DNA of 61,445 nucleotides, the filler included, from Basidiobolus meristosporus CBS 931.73 (lineage: Eukaryota > Fungi > Basidiobolomycota), in NCBI GenBank assembly GCA_002104905.1. It is 4 parts of 4 records of this genome, joined end to end, with 100 filler letters (N's around TTAATTAATTAA, not from the genome) between each part and the next. Parts side by side here need not be neighbours in the genome. Positions count along the whole stretch, not along the records: positions 21,263 to 42,562 come from MCFE01000992.1; positions 42,663 to 53,450 come from MCFE01001297.1; 2 more parts are not named here. One strand, 5' to 3'. The notes below the pieces were generated by a model that did not search any database, was not told where the DNA came from, and saw nothing but the letters and a program-made list of their open reading frames with translations. Below, piece after piece: positions 36,351 to 49,707 of the stretch (position 1 is its first letter; every line of letters starts with the position of its first letter). Made by a program: the position numbers and the translations under genes.

Positions 36351-38080
36351 TTAATGTTAGTGTAGGGTATAGAGACTTGTATAGGTCAATACAATTGGCA
36401 ATTGAGGTACAACTGAACATTTTGCACAAATAATCATAATTGATGTGCCCAAATCTCCTGTGCCAAAGCATTGGTGTTTCTTCATTTAAGTTACTTATAT
36501 TGGCTGCCAGATATAATGGAATAGAAGTCAACTTATGTAGATTCTGATCTCTGATACCCAAAGCAATATGGGCATCATTTTGATAAGTGATCCTGCATCC
36601 AGAATTGTCAAGGCTGAAACTGAGTCCTTCTGCAGTGGCCTTGCTTACAGATAGTAGGTTCTTGGCTATATCTGGTATATATGGTACTTCTTTGACAGTA
36701 AGAGAATGGCTTCCTTCACTGCTTCTAAGGTTCACATAGATGGTTCCTTCTCCCATTTCATCAAGTGTTCTATTGTCACCCAAGAAAGCTTTCTTAAATG
36801 GAATTTCTTGATATTGAGCTAAAAGTCCTTTTGGGTGTATAAAGTGTTGAGATGCTCAAGAGTCAGGGTGCCACATCTGAGAATCCTTATTTGTGGTCAT
36901 ATTAAGTGCATATATGAATAGTCTATCTTCTGTTGTTGCAGCATTTTCATATTCTGGCATCTTTTGCTGATTATCACTCTTTTGAAAGCTCCAGTCTAAT
37001 GTGTGTCCTTTCCATTTGCTGTATTTGCAAAAACAGGTTGCTGTTGCCTTTGAAGGGTTGTGAGTACCTCCTTTGTTGGTTATCATTGCATATTAAAGCA
37101 TTTTCTTCTTCCTTCTTGTTGATGCTTGATTTTCTGATTCTTGTTCCAGGAGCCTTCAATATATGTCATTTAAGGTCAAATCTTCAGTTCTGGACTCTAG
37201 GGCTGATACAAGGCCCTGAAACATGCCTTTCAGGCTATTCAAAATGGTAAATATCACATCCTCATCAGCAGTTGGTATACCAACAGATTCCATCTCATCC
37301 ACTGTCAGGGTAATTCTGCTAGTTAGATTTTTCATTTCTTCTCCTGGCAGCATCTTTGTAGTATAGAATTTGGTCTGCAATACATTTTCTTAGCAGCAAA
37401 ACATGGCTAGTAGGTGTCTTCTAAAGCCTTCCAGGCGTTCTTTGTGGTTTTTTCTCTTGAGCATTGAATTAGCTATTTTTCTTTGACATTAAGGCAAATC
37501 CAGTTAAAGGCACTTTGTTTTTTCTTCTGGTACTTCAAGGCTTCCTCTCCCACATCTTTATGAGGGCACTCTCCTCCCAAGACAATATCCCAAAGGCTGC
37601 TTCCTTTCAGCTGCATATTCATCTTTACCTTCCACACTTGGTAGTTAGATCCATCCAACTTTTCAGCAGAGGGAAAATTCCAGTAATAGCAGTGGTAAGC
37701 ATTGCAGAGAATGGCAGCTTGGGGCTCATAACCTGTTGTAAAAGTCTTGGAGATATTAGAGGTGACTGGGAAGACAAGTACATTATGTGGCTTTCACTTA
37801 ATGATTTATTGAATGTAAAGTAGTATTTAGAACTTTATATGATCTTGGCATAGAGAGCATGTAGAATAGGCTTAGGAAAGTCCTAAGAACATATGTGCAA
37901 AGTGTGGGGTTGCTTGGTCAGCTTTTGAAAATTTCAGGATCTTGGTACCTAATATTATGGTGAACATATTCCAAGTAAATCCCATCCAGGGAATCTGGCC
38001 AGTATTCTCTAGGATTTGAAGATAATGATCAAAGTGACCAAGTTATATGAATATTTAGGTGTAATTACAAGTTTTTACTA
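36350..38080 (-). mobile_element. Degenerate Copia 5' part (LTR 37734-~38080, PBS, gag, protease, GAG-pre-integrase)
   Basis: DGSNYQVWKVKM, TPMLWHRRFGH; PBS GGTTATGAGCCC at 37722-37733; closely related to 50639-53450. Confidence 0.9.
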
Positions 38081-38084
38081 TAAT

Positions 38085-38818
38085 TTCATGGAATTCAAGA
38101 AAGCAATCAACTGTAGCACTTTCTACCACAGAGGCAGAGTATTTGGCAGTCTGTCAAGCTACAAAAGAAGCAAAATGGCTATGAAAGCTTCTTTTGCATT
38201 AAGGCCTATATCAAAAACATCTGTTACTTTATTTCAAGATAATCAAGGATGTATACAGTTAGGTAGAAGTCACAATTTTCATGATAGAACTAAGCACATA
38301 GATATCAGACATCATCCTATATGTGAAGCTATAGAGAATAACTTAGCTTAGTTTACTGGCCTACAGATGAAATGATTGCGGACATATTCACAAATTATTA
38401 GCTAGAGACAAATTTGAATATCCTAAGTCAAAATAAGGACTAGTCAGTATGAACATTTATTTGAATGGAGTGTTATAAGGATTCAGAACTCCACCTAAAT
38501 ATTCACCTAACTTAGTCACCTAGATCTTTATCTTCATATCCTGGAGAATATTGACCAAATTCCTTGTTAGGATTTACTTAAAATATTTTCTCTAGAATAT
38601 CAGGTACCCAGACATCTAAATTAGATAAGTTGTCCAAACCATCCCAAACTCTACACACATGTGCTTAAAACTTTCCTAATACTATTCCACATGCTTATTA
38701 TGCCAAGACCTTGTAAAAGTATAAATACTACTTTTACAATCAATAAATCATTTGGTGAAAAACCAAATAATCTGCTTGTTCTCCCAGTCACATCAATATC
38801 TCCATGGCACTTATAGCA
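38085..38818 (+). mobile_element. Copia RNase H relic plus 3' LTR (38471-38818)
   Basis: FQDNQGCI..FHDRTKHIDIRHH motif (ORF 38016..38351); LTR aligns with the family LTR. Confidence 0.85.
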
Positions 38819-39269
38819 AAGGGGGGGTAAAAAACAAAAATGCCATTTGGTAAAGGGGTACAGTAGCCTCATACAGAACTAGCTGTAGGTTGCCATACTA
38901 TCAATATAATGCCTGTAGAGGTTTGCAATGAGGTCATCAGAATACTATCAAGTTTCTTGCCATAAAAAGCAATAGGATGTATTAGCCAGCTAGGTCTGCG
39001 CAGATAAATAAAGAGCACATCAAGACCATTGGAATGCCATGCATTTCTTGTCAAAAGATGGCTTGAGCACCATCATATTTTCTACTTTATTTGGCAGTTA
39101 CATCAGCAAAATGTTGCACAATCCCATCATAAGATTGTGTGGAGTGTCAATAATTCCAAGCTGCCGGCATTATGACAGACTCACTGCAGGATCCTGATAG
39201 CTGATCTGGATTGAATCCACCTGCAGGACCTAGTTATTTTTTGTAGGGACAAAAGGGCTAGACTCTACT

Positions 39270-40933
39270 GAGACCTTTGCACTGGTGGCCAAGTTTAATA
39301 CAATCAGATTAATATTTTCTATTGCAGCCAAATATCAGTTTTATAATTATCTAACAGATGTCAACACTGCACTCTTCAATGCGGAGCTTGACAAGGATGT
39401 GTACATGGACCAGCCTGATGGTTTTGCAGACCAAAATAGTCCCAATTTGGTCTGCAAGCTTAAAAAATCTCTATATGGTCTCAAACAATCAGTAAGAGCC
39501 TGAAACTGCAAGATAGAATCTTACTTGGAATCTTTGAGTTTCTAAAGCAGTACTACCAACTGTAGTATCTACTAAGAGCCAGATAGAGCAAACCTGGTGC
39601 TATTATCTCTATTTGTGGATGATCTTATTACAGCCACCTAGGACAAGACTAAATCCAGCCTACCCACGGAGTTCTAGATACTCATATAGGAGAGCTCAGT
39701 TACTACCTAGGGATAAAGCTTGCCATAGACAGGTGTACCCAGACTATCACCCTAAGCCAGTCCAAGTATATTCAAGATATACTTAAAAAGTACCAAATGA
39801 TAGATTGCAAAACAGCAGCTACCCCAATGGAGCCAAAACATAACTTGGTCAAAACTCTACCAAATCAAGGGAGCTTGGTATCATCCAAAATGCCAGAATT
39901 CCCTTACCAATCTATGATCCTCAGTCTGATATATATCATATTTGGAACATGTCCAGATATCTTATACTCTGTGCAGGTTGTCAGCCAGCATAATCAGAAC
40001 TATGGATCTGATCATACTGCAGCAGTTGAACAGACTTTTAGATACCTAAATAGATCTACTGACTTCTGTGTAATGTACACCCAATAAGGATTTAGAACAG
40101 GTTCTTGTGGGATACTCTGATGCTGATTGTGAGCAAAATTTAGAAGACAGAAGATGCTAAAAAAGCTACAGCTTTATTTACTGTAAAGGAACAATTTCAT
40201 TGAATATAAGAAAGCAACCAACTGTAGCACTTTCCACCACAAAGGCCAAGTATTTGGCAGCCTGTGAAGCTACAAAAGAAGCAATGTGGTTAAGAAAGCT
40301 TTTCCAAAACTCAGGCATATGTTAGAAAGCACCAATTACTTTATCTCAAGATAATCAAGGATGTATACAATGAGGTAGAAATCTAACTTTTCATGCTAGA
40401 ACTGAGGACCTGGATATTAGACATTATTTCATACATGAAGCTATAGAGAATAACTTTGTTAACTTAGTTTACTGTTCTACAGATGAAATGATTGCAGACA
40501 TATTTACCAAACCATTTGCTAGAGACAAATTTGAATATCTTAGGTCACAATTAGGACTAGTCAATACAAGCATTTAGTTGAGTGGTATTATTTCAACATT
40601 TGTAACTCTGCCTAAATATTGACCAAATGTAGTCACTTAGATGATGCCTACAAATCTTAATGATTACTGACCAGATTTCTTGTCATGATTTACTTTGAAT
40701 ATCTTCACCAAAATATCAGGAACACTGAGCATGAAATAGCTCTAGTTGTCCAAACAGCCCCAAACTATGCACACATGTTCTTGGGACTTCCTAAGCATAT
40801 TCTACACATTTGCTATGCTAAGACCATGTGAATGTGTAATTGCTACTTTTACATCAAATAAGTCACCAAGTGAAGACCACATAATCTACTTGTTCTTCCA
40901 ATCACTTCAAATATCTACAAGACTCTTAAAACA
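39270..40933 (+). mobile_element. Copia RT-RNase H relic plus 3' LTR (~40588-40933)
   Basis: DVNTALFNAELDKDVYMDQPDGF..CKLKKSLYGLKQS; TCPDILYSV; LTR family match. Confidence 0.85.
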
Positions 40934-40959
40934 ATAAAGCCATAGGGTACCTACAAGAG

Positions 40960-41453
40960 TCATGGGAAAAGGGTGTTATGGCAGAAAGACTGGTTGCATG
41001 GTAGATTTTAATGGAGTTACTTGTTGAGTGTGAGGTTGTGCTTAATGTTAGTGTTGGGTTTAAGGACTTGTATAGGTCAGTGCAATCAATGATAATGCTA
41101 CATCTGAATATTCAATGGAAATAAACCAATTTGTATGCATGAGAAGTAAGAGAATTGGCTGAATCAAGAAGTAAGGAGTGTGAAAAAGAGGCAACAGCCA
41201 ATCAATGTATACAAATGAAGTAGATGATTCAGTGTTTGGGATCAGAAAGTGAGACAAATGGCAGAGAACCTATCAAAAACAATATAGGGACTGTTGTGAT
41301 GAGATGGGTTGACAAAGTTTTTTGCAAAATCTGAGATGCAATTTTTTTCCAATGATTTTTGCAGTGTCCTTATGGCATCAATACATCTAAGTGACAGGAT
41401 CTAGGTTTTGTGACAGCCTTTTGATAGGATCATCACAGTTATTTTTCATAGGG
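40960..41453. mobile_element. Terminal fragment of a CACTA-like element (accessory-ORF side)
   Basis: Inverse match to 22400-22760, direct match to 36300-36420; ends TTATTTTTCATAGGG. Confidence 0.6.
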
Positions 41454-41793
41454 AACCCTAAGAGGAAAAATTAAGAAAAGGCCAGCAAAATACCATTGTA
41501 ATATCAGCTGAACTCCAAGTTATCTCAATATTGACAACTCTCAATATCTCTGTTGTTAGCTTATGAGCAGGCAAGCAAAACAAACTCTCCAGGAGGAGAC
41601 TAGGCCAACGTACCATTCATGTCAAATTTGGTAATTAGCTGTCCATTGATTCCATCAAAAATTGCATTTGAAATTTTGAACCATAAACACCAGCTGAATA
41701 CCAGCTGAAATCAGATGAATTCCAAGTTTGAGACTTTTCATAGGAGCAAATATCAAACTGCATGAATGGTTCAGGTGTAAACTGCATATATAC

Positions 41794-42138
41794 TGTTGTA
41801 AAAATTTTTAATTCCACCTGAATACTCAACTAACTTGGTGACTCAGATCATTACCTACAGATCTTAAAGAATACTGATCAAATTGCTTGTTGAAACTTAG
41901 AATATTCTCATCAAAACACCAGGTACCCAGAGCATGTAAATTCTCAAAGCTGTCCAAACAGCCCCAAACTTTGCATACATGTTCTTGGGACCTTCCTAAG
42001 AGTATTTTATGTGCTTGTTATGCCAAGACCATGTAAAAGGATAAATACTACTTTTACATTCAATAAATCATTAAGTGAAGACCACATAGTCTACTTGTTC
42101 TCCAAATCACTTCCAATATCTCCAAGACTCTTACAACA
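41794..42138 (+). mobile_element. Copia-family LTR without recognisable TSD
   Basis: TGTTGTAA...TTACAACA, 345 bp, aligns with 50639-50987. Confidence 0.85.
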
Positions 42139-42562
42139 CTCACTACATCCAAAAGCTTCAAGCTTTGCATACATATTCTTGTGACCTTCCTAAGCCTATT
42201 GTGCTGCAAGAGGCCATATCAGAAGTGATTGGGGAAGCAAGTATGTTGAGTGAATCTCACTCAATGATCTTTAGAATGTAAAAGGGACTTTTATACTTTT
42301 ACATGGTCATGATAAAATCAATGCTGAGAATATGTATAGGGAGATCCCAAGAACATGTATGCAGAGTTTGGAGGCTTTTGGGCAACCCTAAGAAGTAGGA
42401 TGCTTTTGGGGCTGGTAATAGCTCAAGTGGCTAGTTTTTTGCTTAGCTGCAATGAGATGAGTTCTCACTGTTACCACCACAGTACATACGTTGGATGCAG
42501 TCATAGGTTACCACCTACCCAGCTTTGGCAATGTTCAAATAAAATCCATATTCTACATAGAT

Positions 42563-42662
42563 NNNNNNNNNNNNNNNNNNNNNNNNNNNNNNNNNNNNNN
42601 NNNNNNTTAATTAATTAANNNNNNNNNNNNNNNNNNNNNNNNNNNNNNNNNNNNNNNNNNNN
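42563..42662. other. Artificial contig linker
   Basis: 44 N + TTAATTAATTAA + 44 N. Confidence 0.97.
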
Positions 42663-42999
42663 ATATTACTGATATCAGAAGTTTAGTCATCACTTATGTG
42701 CAATTGCTCAATTTGGATTGCAGAAAATAATGTGCTGTTTGGATCATGACTAATAATAGCAAATCAGTGCAATTGCAACATCTTCTCCTAGGTATTTTTC
42801 CTCACAGGGATTACTACTGAAGCCTTTAGCAGGGATTCACTTTGCCAACCAAGAGTACTCCTTGTAGACAATGATCCTGGCTACTTGTGTATTTGTAGTC
42901 TGTATTTTGCCTCCTAGTTCATGAGTGCAACGCTATGGCTTGGCTGTACTGAACTGCTCCAGATGATGATACTGAACCTGCCTGGAGTGCCACATGCTG

Positions 43000-44156
43000 A
43001 CATGTTTTTTACTTGACAAAGGCTCTAGTGGAGGAAGCACTTCATGTGATTCATTATTGGTTAATTCACCAGAGAAAACTTATGGTGTGGTGGTGTATAA
43101 GTCCAAGGGGGAGATACAACCAACACTTCTCAAGTGTTTTGTGTGTGGGGTGTTCACTGGGTGCAATAACCTCTGGCAAAAGCTTGCTAGGAATACTTGG
43201 GTTCTGTCTCTAATCTAATGTGAAGGGGAATAAAGCCACAAGCTTGTCAAGGGAAAACTATTGAGCTACAATCCCCAACTTAGTTGGTGCCTTAACACAA
43301 GTATGTGTTGTGTTCAGCGTCCTTTGATATGACAATGTACTAAAGCTTCCAAAGTCATAACAACTGTAAGCTCCACCAGCAGGGACTTGATTAGAATGCA
43401 GCAGTGGTCAATCGTTACAAAGACAGAAAAGTATCTTTGCCTGTACAAGAACAAGCTTGGGAAAGAGTCAAATATAATAAAAGATACCTACTCTGAGTAT
43501 TCCTCACAAGTAGTGCCTCCAAGGTCAGTTGGCTGTCAGCGTGGTTTCCTGGGAGTGTCCTGTGGTCTGGGGTTGGAAGCTCAGGTAGCAGCAGGTAGCA
43601 GTGATCACACTAATCAACAAGTTGGTATATTGATAAAAGGGATGATGATTTATTGTTGAGGGATAGCCTCTCTTATATACTTCTCTCACTAGCTAAGTGA
43701 TTACTAATCATGGTGTTCCAGAAGGTTCCGGATATCAGTAGAAATCTTAATGACATCAGAATGACCTAAGAATGTTCTAAGTAGGTGCCAGAAGGTTCTA
43801 AGAGGCACAGCACATCCAACCAATCAGGAATCAGTATTCTGCAACCTGTGTAACATGGGGATACCATATATGGTATGGAAATGGTAGGGATGGTGACACA
43901 GGTTGATCATATGTCATGGGTACTGGCATGGGTACTTGCCTAATGTAGAAGCACTGATAGCTAGTAATCTCACATAAAGTGAGGGGTAACTTATGCAATA
44001 AGGTAAGCAGGTGTGATAGTCAACTGGCTTATGGGATGGTACTGATTGGGTAAGACAAATGGGATAAAACTAAAATAAATGTAGTAGAGATATAGGGAAG
44101 TAGAAAATAAGGGAATGAGCACATCTGCCAGTGGGTGTCACTGTCACCCCTCTACA
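43000..44156 (-). mobile_element. LTR plus adjacent internal relic of the 7482/32968 LTR family; left boundary approximate
   Basis: 43690-43950 matches 7810-8070 directly; right end CCCCTCTACA. Confidence 0.6.
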
Positions 44157-44422
44157 ACAGATGGTTAGGTGTAACTGCACATGCAGGCTCAACTTGATGC
44201 ATTGGCATGGCTCTTGGCTGAGCTTAATGTAATGTGGCATTTTGACCCAACTTGGCCCACTCCAATGGACTTGTGTCTAAATGAGCAGTTTGGCAAGTTC
44301 TGGTGGTTTTACTCTGAAGCGCTGGTGTTGACCCAATGCCTATGACTCAATGAGGGGTACTCTTGTGAAGGGTGTTAGTGTAGTTTGGACTGATGTACAC
44401 CAGCATGCTGAAGTTGCAAAGG

Positions 44423-45042
44423 CTAGTGCAATATAGAGGCTGTTGCTTGCTGTCTGTATTCTTCCTCTTGAAGCTTACCTTCTGATTCATCAAGGTACTC
44501 ACTTACCCTCTTCCTGATACTTTGAAACTGTTGCCTGGATGGCTCTTTTACTCTCAGAAGCCATTTGGCTCTAACAATATACCACGCAAAATCTCTTTGG
44601 TTCCCAAAGCTGAGACACAAACAGATATGTCCAGCCCTTACAGTGCAAATTGTACGCCAAATTGTCCCTACATGGCTTCCTCATCAAATTCCCTTACTCT
44701 CCACTCTATCTTGATTTCAATACTTGTCTTGTCAAATATCTTATGACGTACATCTGCTGGTGTCTTGATGCAGAACTCATGCAACATCCTTCTAGTCAAT
44801 TTGTTCCATCTCTGTAGACTCTCTGAGGTATCTAGCTCAGCTAGATTAATAAGTAGTCTCCAAGTATCTGTGTGAAGGTTCATCATAAACACTTGGACCA
44901 TAATAAACTTGTTTGGCAAGAACTCAAACAGATCAAACATTGTCCTTTCTAGTCTGGACAGCACCTGTAAGCAGGGAGATGTGTTTTGTCTGGGCTGTAC
45001 CAAAGATGAGTTGAGACTTGGCTTAGGGACCATAGTGACCAA
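44423..45042 (-). pseudogene. Probable accessory ORF relic of the Harbinger-like transposon
   Basis: Broken ORFs divergent from the transposase, the usual two-ORF layout; no recognisable domain. Confidence 0.35.
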
Positions 45043-45356
45043 TTTAGATACTTATGCAGTGTTATATTGGCATCAAACTGGTATTGCATGAAATATATAT
45101 GAAAACAAATGTGATTGTTGAGTTTTCCATATGTAAAGCATGATGCATCTTGGATTGCGTTGACACAGATCTGATCACACCAATTGCCAATTTCCTATTT
45201 GATTATAGACTTGCAAGCAAAGCATCAATGAAAGTACTAAGTCATTGTTTGGGGATCCTTTTACAAAATAATGATGGGATACATAGCAATTAATGGGAAT
45301 TAAATCATATAGCATGGAAAGTCAGATAAATAAAGCCATTCACACCAAATCAATTC

Positions 45357-46214
45357 ATGTCAACTCAGCCCAATCACCCAACAACTTTAATGACTTACAT
45401 ATCTGAATGGTCTTTTCTATTCAATCCTATCACAGCCACTGGATTTCCTTTTGACACATTAGAGGAGATCTATACAGAGTCCTGTGGACCATCTGCCCCA
45501 ATCTACTCAAGGAAATCCCTTGTTAAGCTTCTCTGCTATTACAAGAACTATTGCCTTACAGGGCCTCATCCCACCTTCCATGGCAGCAAAAGTCCTAGAA
45601 GCTTGCATTCCCAGCTGGCAGCATTGGAGAACCACCTTGCAGAGGGGATGAATGACTTGAAGAAAGCTTGGAATACTAAGTTCAGAAGCTCCAATAGACT
45701 TCCATATCCCAGAGTGTTCAGCAACAGGTTCCATATCAGGAATATCTTGGATACCTTCCCAGTCAGGATTAATAGGCATTCTATAGGGCAGAAGCCCTTG
45801 TATTCTGGCAATTACAAGTTACATTGTGTGAAGTTTCAAGCATTGTCTAACATTAAGGGCAACATCATCTGGTTTAGTGGGCCATTTGCTGGAAGTAGGC
45901 ATGACTAAGCACTCTGCGTAGAGAATCATCTTGAACTCAACAGAGGGGAGAAATGTATGGTAGACTTAGCTTATATAGGAGAGGACTGTCAGAGAATAGG
46001 ATGTATTACTGCTTATAGGAAGCCAAGGAATGGTGTGCTTGGTAGGAAGCAAAAGTTCTACAATGAGATATTTAACCATTTCAGAGTGAGGGTAGAGTAT
46101 ACATTTGGATATCTGAAGAGATTCAGCATATTGTCTGGTATATACAGAGGAGAGTCATATATAGAAGAAAACAGCAGAATAGGTAGAATAGTTAAGATAT
46201 TAATTAATGCATAG
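45357..46214 (+). pseudogene. PIF/Harbinger-ISL2EU-type (DDE_Tnp_4) transposase with one premature stop
   Basis: ILDTFPVRI; YSGNYKLHCVKFQ..FSGPFAGSRHD*; VDLAYIG; RVRVEYTFGYLKRF; in-frame TAA at 45906-45908. Confidence 0.85.
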
Positions 46215-46348
46215 TACATTCACATAAGAAGAAATCTGCTGAGAGAAATGTGTCTGGAGCATTATGAAGAGTACATAAAGCAAGGAAAGCACTATTCTGA
46301 GGAACATTAGTAAGATTGAGTAAAATCACCGGTAACTGTATCCTACCA

Positions 46349-46457
46349 CTGGCATTGTGGTAGGTACTATAGTGCCAGATAGTACTATTGAGTGCCAGAT
46401 CAAACCTGCACTTTAAGCAGGCTGGCACTATGTGGTACTATCCACTGGAACAGGTCT
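46349..46457. repeat. Right terminus of the Harbinger-like element
   Basis: TGGCACT/AGTGCCA subterminal motifs ending TGGAACAGGTCT, matching the MITE TIR. Confidence 0.75.
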
Positions 46458-46950
46458 CTTTTAAACCCAGCAGTAAGACCACTTAATTACTGTCTTACTT
46501 ATTGCTATACTTTCCAGTAAAAGCTGTAAAACCCTATCACAATCTACTTCAGAATTGTAATCAGTGTCAGGAATTTTAAGCTGCTGGCATTATGATAGCC
46601 TCATTGTGGGGTCCCAATAGCTAATCTAGATTGTATCCTCCTGTTGTACCAGATTATTTTTCATAGGAAAGGTGATAGAAGTGTTCCAATGGCCACAAGT
46701 GTGCCCATTTGTTGATGCTAGTATTTAAGAGGTCATAGTGGTCTTGATATAAACCTTATGAGGAATACCTATGGGAGTAGTATATTATGATGTACAAATT
46801 TGTATTGTACCTAAACACTCACCTAGCTTAGTTACTAGATCCTTGGCTACAAGTTTTAAGCTTTCTAACTAAATTCCTTGTCAAGACTTTGTTGGTATAT
46901 TTCACAAATGCGTCAAGTACCTGGTGTTGTAGGAGTCTTGGAGATATTAT

Positions 46951-47685
46951 AGACTTGTTGCGTTGGATAGTGCCACATTGAGCCATGAGTGCCAAATGAT
47001 GCCATAGTATGACTGAGAGGCCAAGTGAGCATACGCTTGGGCACAGAGTGTGAAACATAGATCTGCATCTTCATGTAAAGCATCCCCTGTGTCTCACCTA
47101 TGATGCAGGAGAAAATCCAATTTTTGACCTTTTTTTGTGGATCAATATTGTGCAGGATGTGCAAGAGCACTAAAGGATTGAAGATATGCATCTAGTACTC
47201 AATACCCATGGCACTCTGAATCTAGCTCCTGTGGCTTGTAACATGTCACAAAAATGAACGGCACTATCTTGGTCCACTGGTACTATCAGGCACTATAAGT
47301 GCTTTGTATTGATCTTACTTTAGAGCTAATATTTAAATATAGTGCCAGATAGTACCAGTGGACCAAGATAGTGCCATGCATTTTTGTGACATGTTACAAG
47401 CCACAGGAGCTAGATTCAGAGTGCCATGGGTATTGAGTACTAGATGCATATCTTCAATCCTTTAGTGCTCTTGCACACCCTGTACAACATTGACCTAAAA
47501 AAAAAGGTTCAAAAAATGGATTTTCTCCAACACAATGAGTGAAACACAAGGGCTGCTTTGCATGAAGATGCAGATCTATGTTTCACACTCTGTGGCCAAG
47601 TGTAGGCTCACTTGGCTTCTTAGGCACTCTATGACATCATTTGGCACTCATGGCTCAATGTGGCACTATCCAATGGAACAAGTCT
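46951..47685. mobile_element. Palindromic MITE 1 (735 bp)
   Basis: AGACTTGTT...AACAAGTCT, ~345-bp inverted arms, 40-bp AT-rich spacer (47298-47337), TAT/TAT TSD. Confidence 0.9.
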
Positions 47686-48054
47686 TATAATTGATTTTGA
47701 GAAATAGTAGATTACGTTGTTTTTGCTTAATGCTTGATTGAAAACAAGAGTAGTATTTATACCCTTACCTGGTGTTAGCATAAAGAGCACATAGAATAGG
47801 TTTAGGAAGGCCTCAAGAACATGTTTGCAATTTTTGAAGCTGTTTAGACATCTCTGGGAATTCTCATATTCCAAGTAAATCCTGACATGGAATTGAGCAA
47901 TATTGTCTTGGGCTTGTAGGTAATGATCCAAGTGAGTCAGTTAGGTGAGTGTTTAGGTGAAATTACAAACTTGTACAACACTCCCACTAACTAAATGCTC
48001 ATACTGACTGGTCCTAATTTCAGCCTTGGATATTGAGACTTGTCACTAGCTAAT

Positions 48055-48787
48055 TGACTTGTTCTGTTAGATAGTGCCACATTGAGCCATGGGTGCCAAA
48101 TGATGCCATAGTGTGCCAGGGAGGCAAAGTGAGCCTACACTTGGCCACAGAGTGTGAAACATTGATCTGCATCTTCATGCAAAGCAGCCCCTGTGTCTCA
48201 CTCATTGTGTTGGAGAAAATCCATTTTTGACCTTCTTTTTTAGGTCAATGTTGTACAGGGTGTGCAAGAGCACTAAAGGATTGAAGATATGCATCTAGTA
48301 CTCAATACCCATGGCACTCTGAATCTAGCTCCTGTGGCTTGTAACATGTCACAAAAATGAACGGCACTATCTTGGTCCACTGGTACTATCAGGCACTATA
48401 AGTGCTTTGTATTGATCTTACTTTAGAGCTAATATTTAAATATAGTGCCAGATAGTACCAGTGGACCAAGATAGTGCCGTTCATTTTTGTGACATGTTAC
48501 AAGCCACAGGAGCTAGATTCAGAGTGCCATGGGTATTGAGTACTAGATGCATATCTTCAATCCTTTAGTGCTCTTGCACATTGTGCACAATATTGATCCA
48601 CAAAAAAAGGTCAAAAAATGGATTTTCTCCTGCATCATAGGTGAAACACCAGGGATGCTTTGCATGAAGATGCAGATCTATGCTTCACACTCTGTGGCCA
48701 AGTAAAGGCTTACTTGGCCTCTCTGGCACACTATGGCATCAATTGGCACTCATGGCTCAATTTGGCGCTATCCAATGGAACAAGTCT
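48055..48787. mobile_element. Palindromic MITE 2 (733 bp)
   Basis: Same TIR family, spacer 48401-48440, AAT/AAT TSD. Confidence 0.9.
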
Positions 48788-48965
48788 AATGACTTGGAAG
48801 GTATGTCTGCAATCATTTCATTGGTACATCAGTAAACTAAGTTAACTAAGTATTCTTTATAGCTCCACATATGAAATGATGGTAATATATTGGTGCTTAG
48901 TTCTGGCATGAAATGCTGGTTTTTGTCTAATTGTATAAATCTGTCATTAACTTGAAATAAGGAAT

Positions 48966-49707
48966 AGACCTGTTCCATTGGATAATGCCACACTGAGCCA
49001 TGTGTACCAAATGATGTCTTGGTGTGCCATGGAGGCCAGGTAGACTTTTACTTGGCTACAGAGTGTGAAACATAGGTCTTCATCTTCATGCAAAGCAGAA
49101 TCTGTGTTTCAACCATTGTACTAGAGATATTCATTGTTTGCCCTTTTTTTGGAGATCAATGTTGTGCATGATGTGTAAGAGCACAGAAGGACTGAAAAAA
49201 AGTATCTGGAACTCAATACCCATGGCACTCTAAGTCTAGCTCCAAAGGCTTGTAACATGCCCCAAAAATACCTGGCACTACTTTGGTCTACTGGCACTAT
49301 CTGGCACTATATTTTAATATCTGCCCTGGAGTAAAACCAATAAAATGCACTTACAGTGCCAGATGGTGCCAGTGGACCAAGATAGTGCCATGAGTTTTTT
49401 GTGCCACATTACAAGCCACAGGAGCTAGATTCAGTGTGCCATGGGGATTGAGTGGCAGATGCATGTCTTCAGTTCTTCAGTTTGTCTGTACTCTTACAGA
49501 TCATGCGCAACAATCATCTCAAGAAAAAGGTCAAAAAATGGATTTTCTCCTGCACAATGAGTAAAGCACAGGGGATGCATTGCATGAAGATGAATATCTA
49601 TGCTTCACACTCTGTGGCCAAGTATAGGCTCACTTAGCCTCCCTGGCATGCTAAGATATCAATTGGCAATCATGGCTCAATGTGGCAATATCCAACAAAA
49701 GAAGTCC
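48966..49707. mobile_element. Palindromic MITE 3 (more diverged)
   Basis: AGACCTGTTCCATTGG left end, long inverted arms, spacer in opposite orientation, flanks AAT/AAG. Confidence 0.85.
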
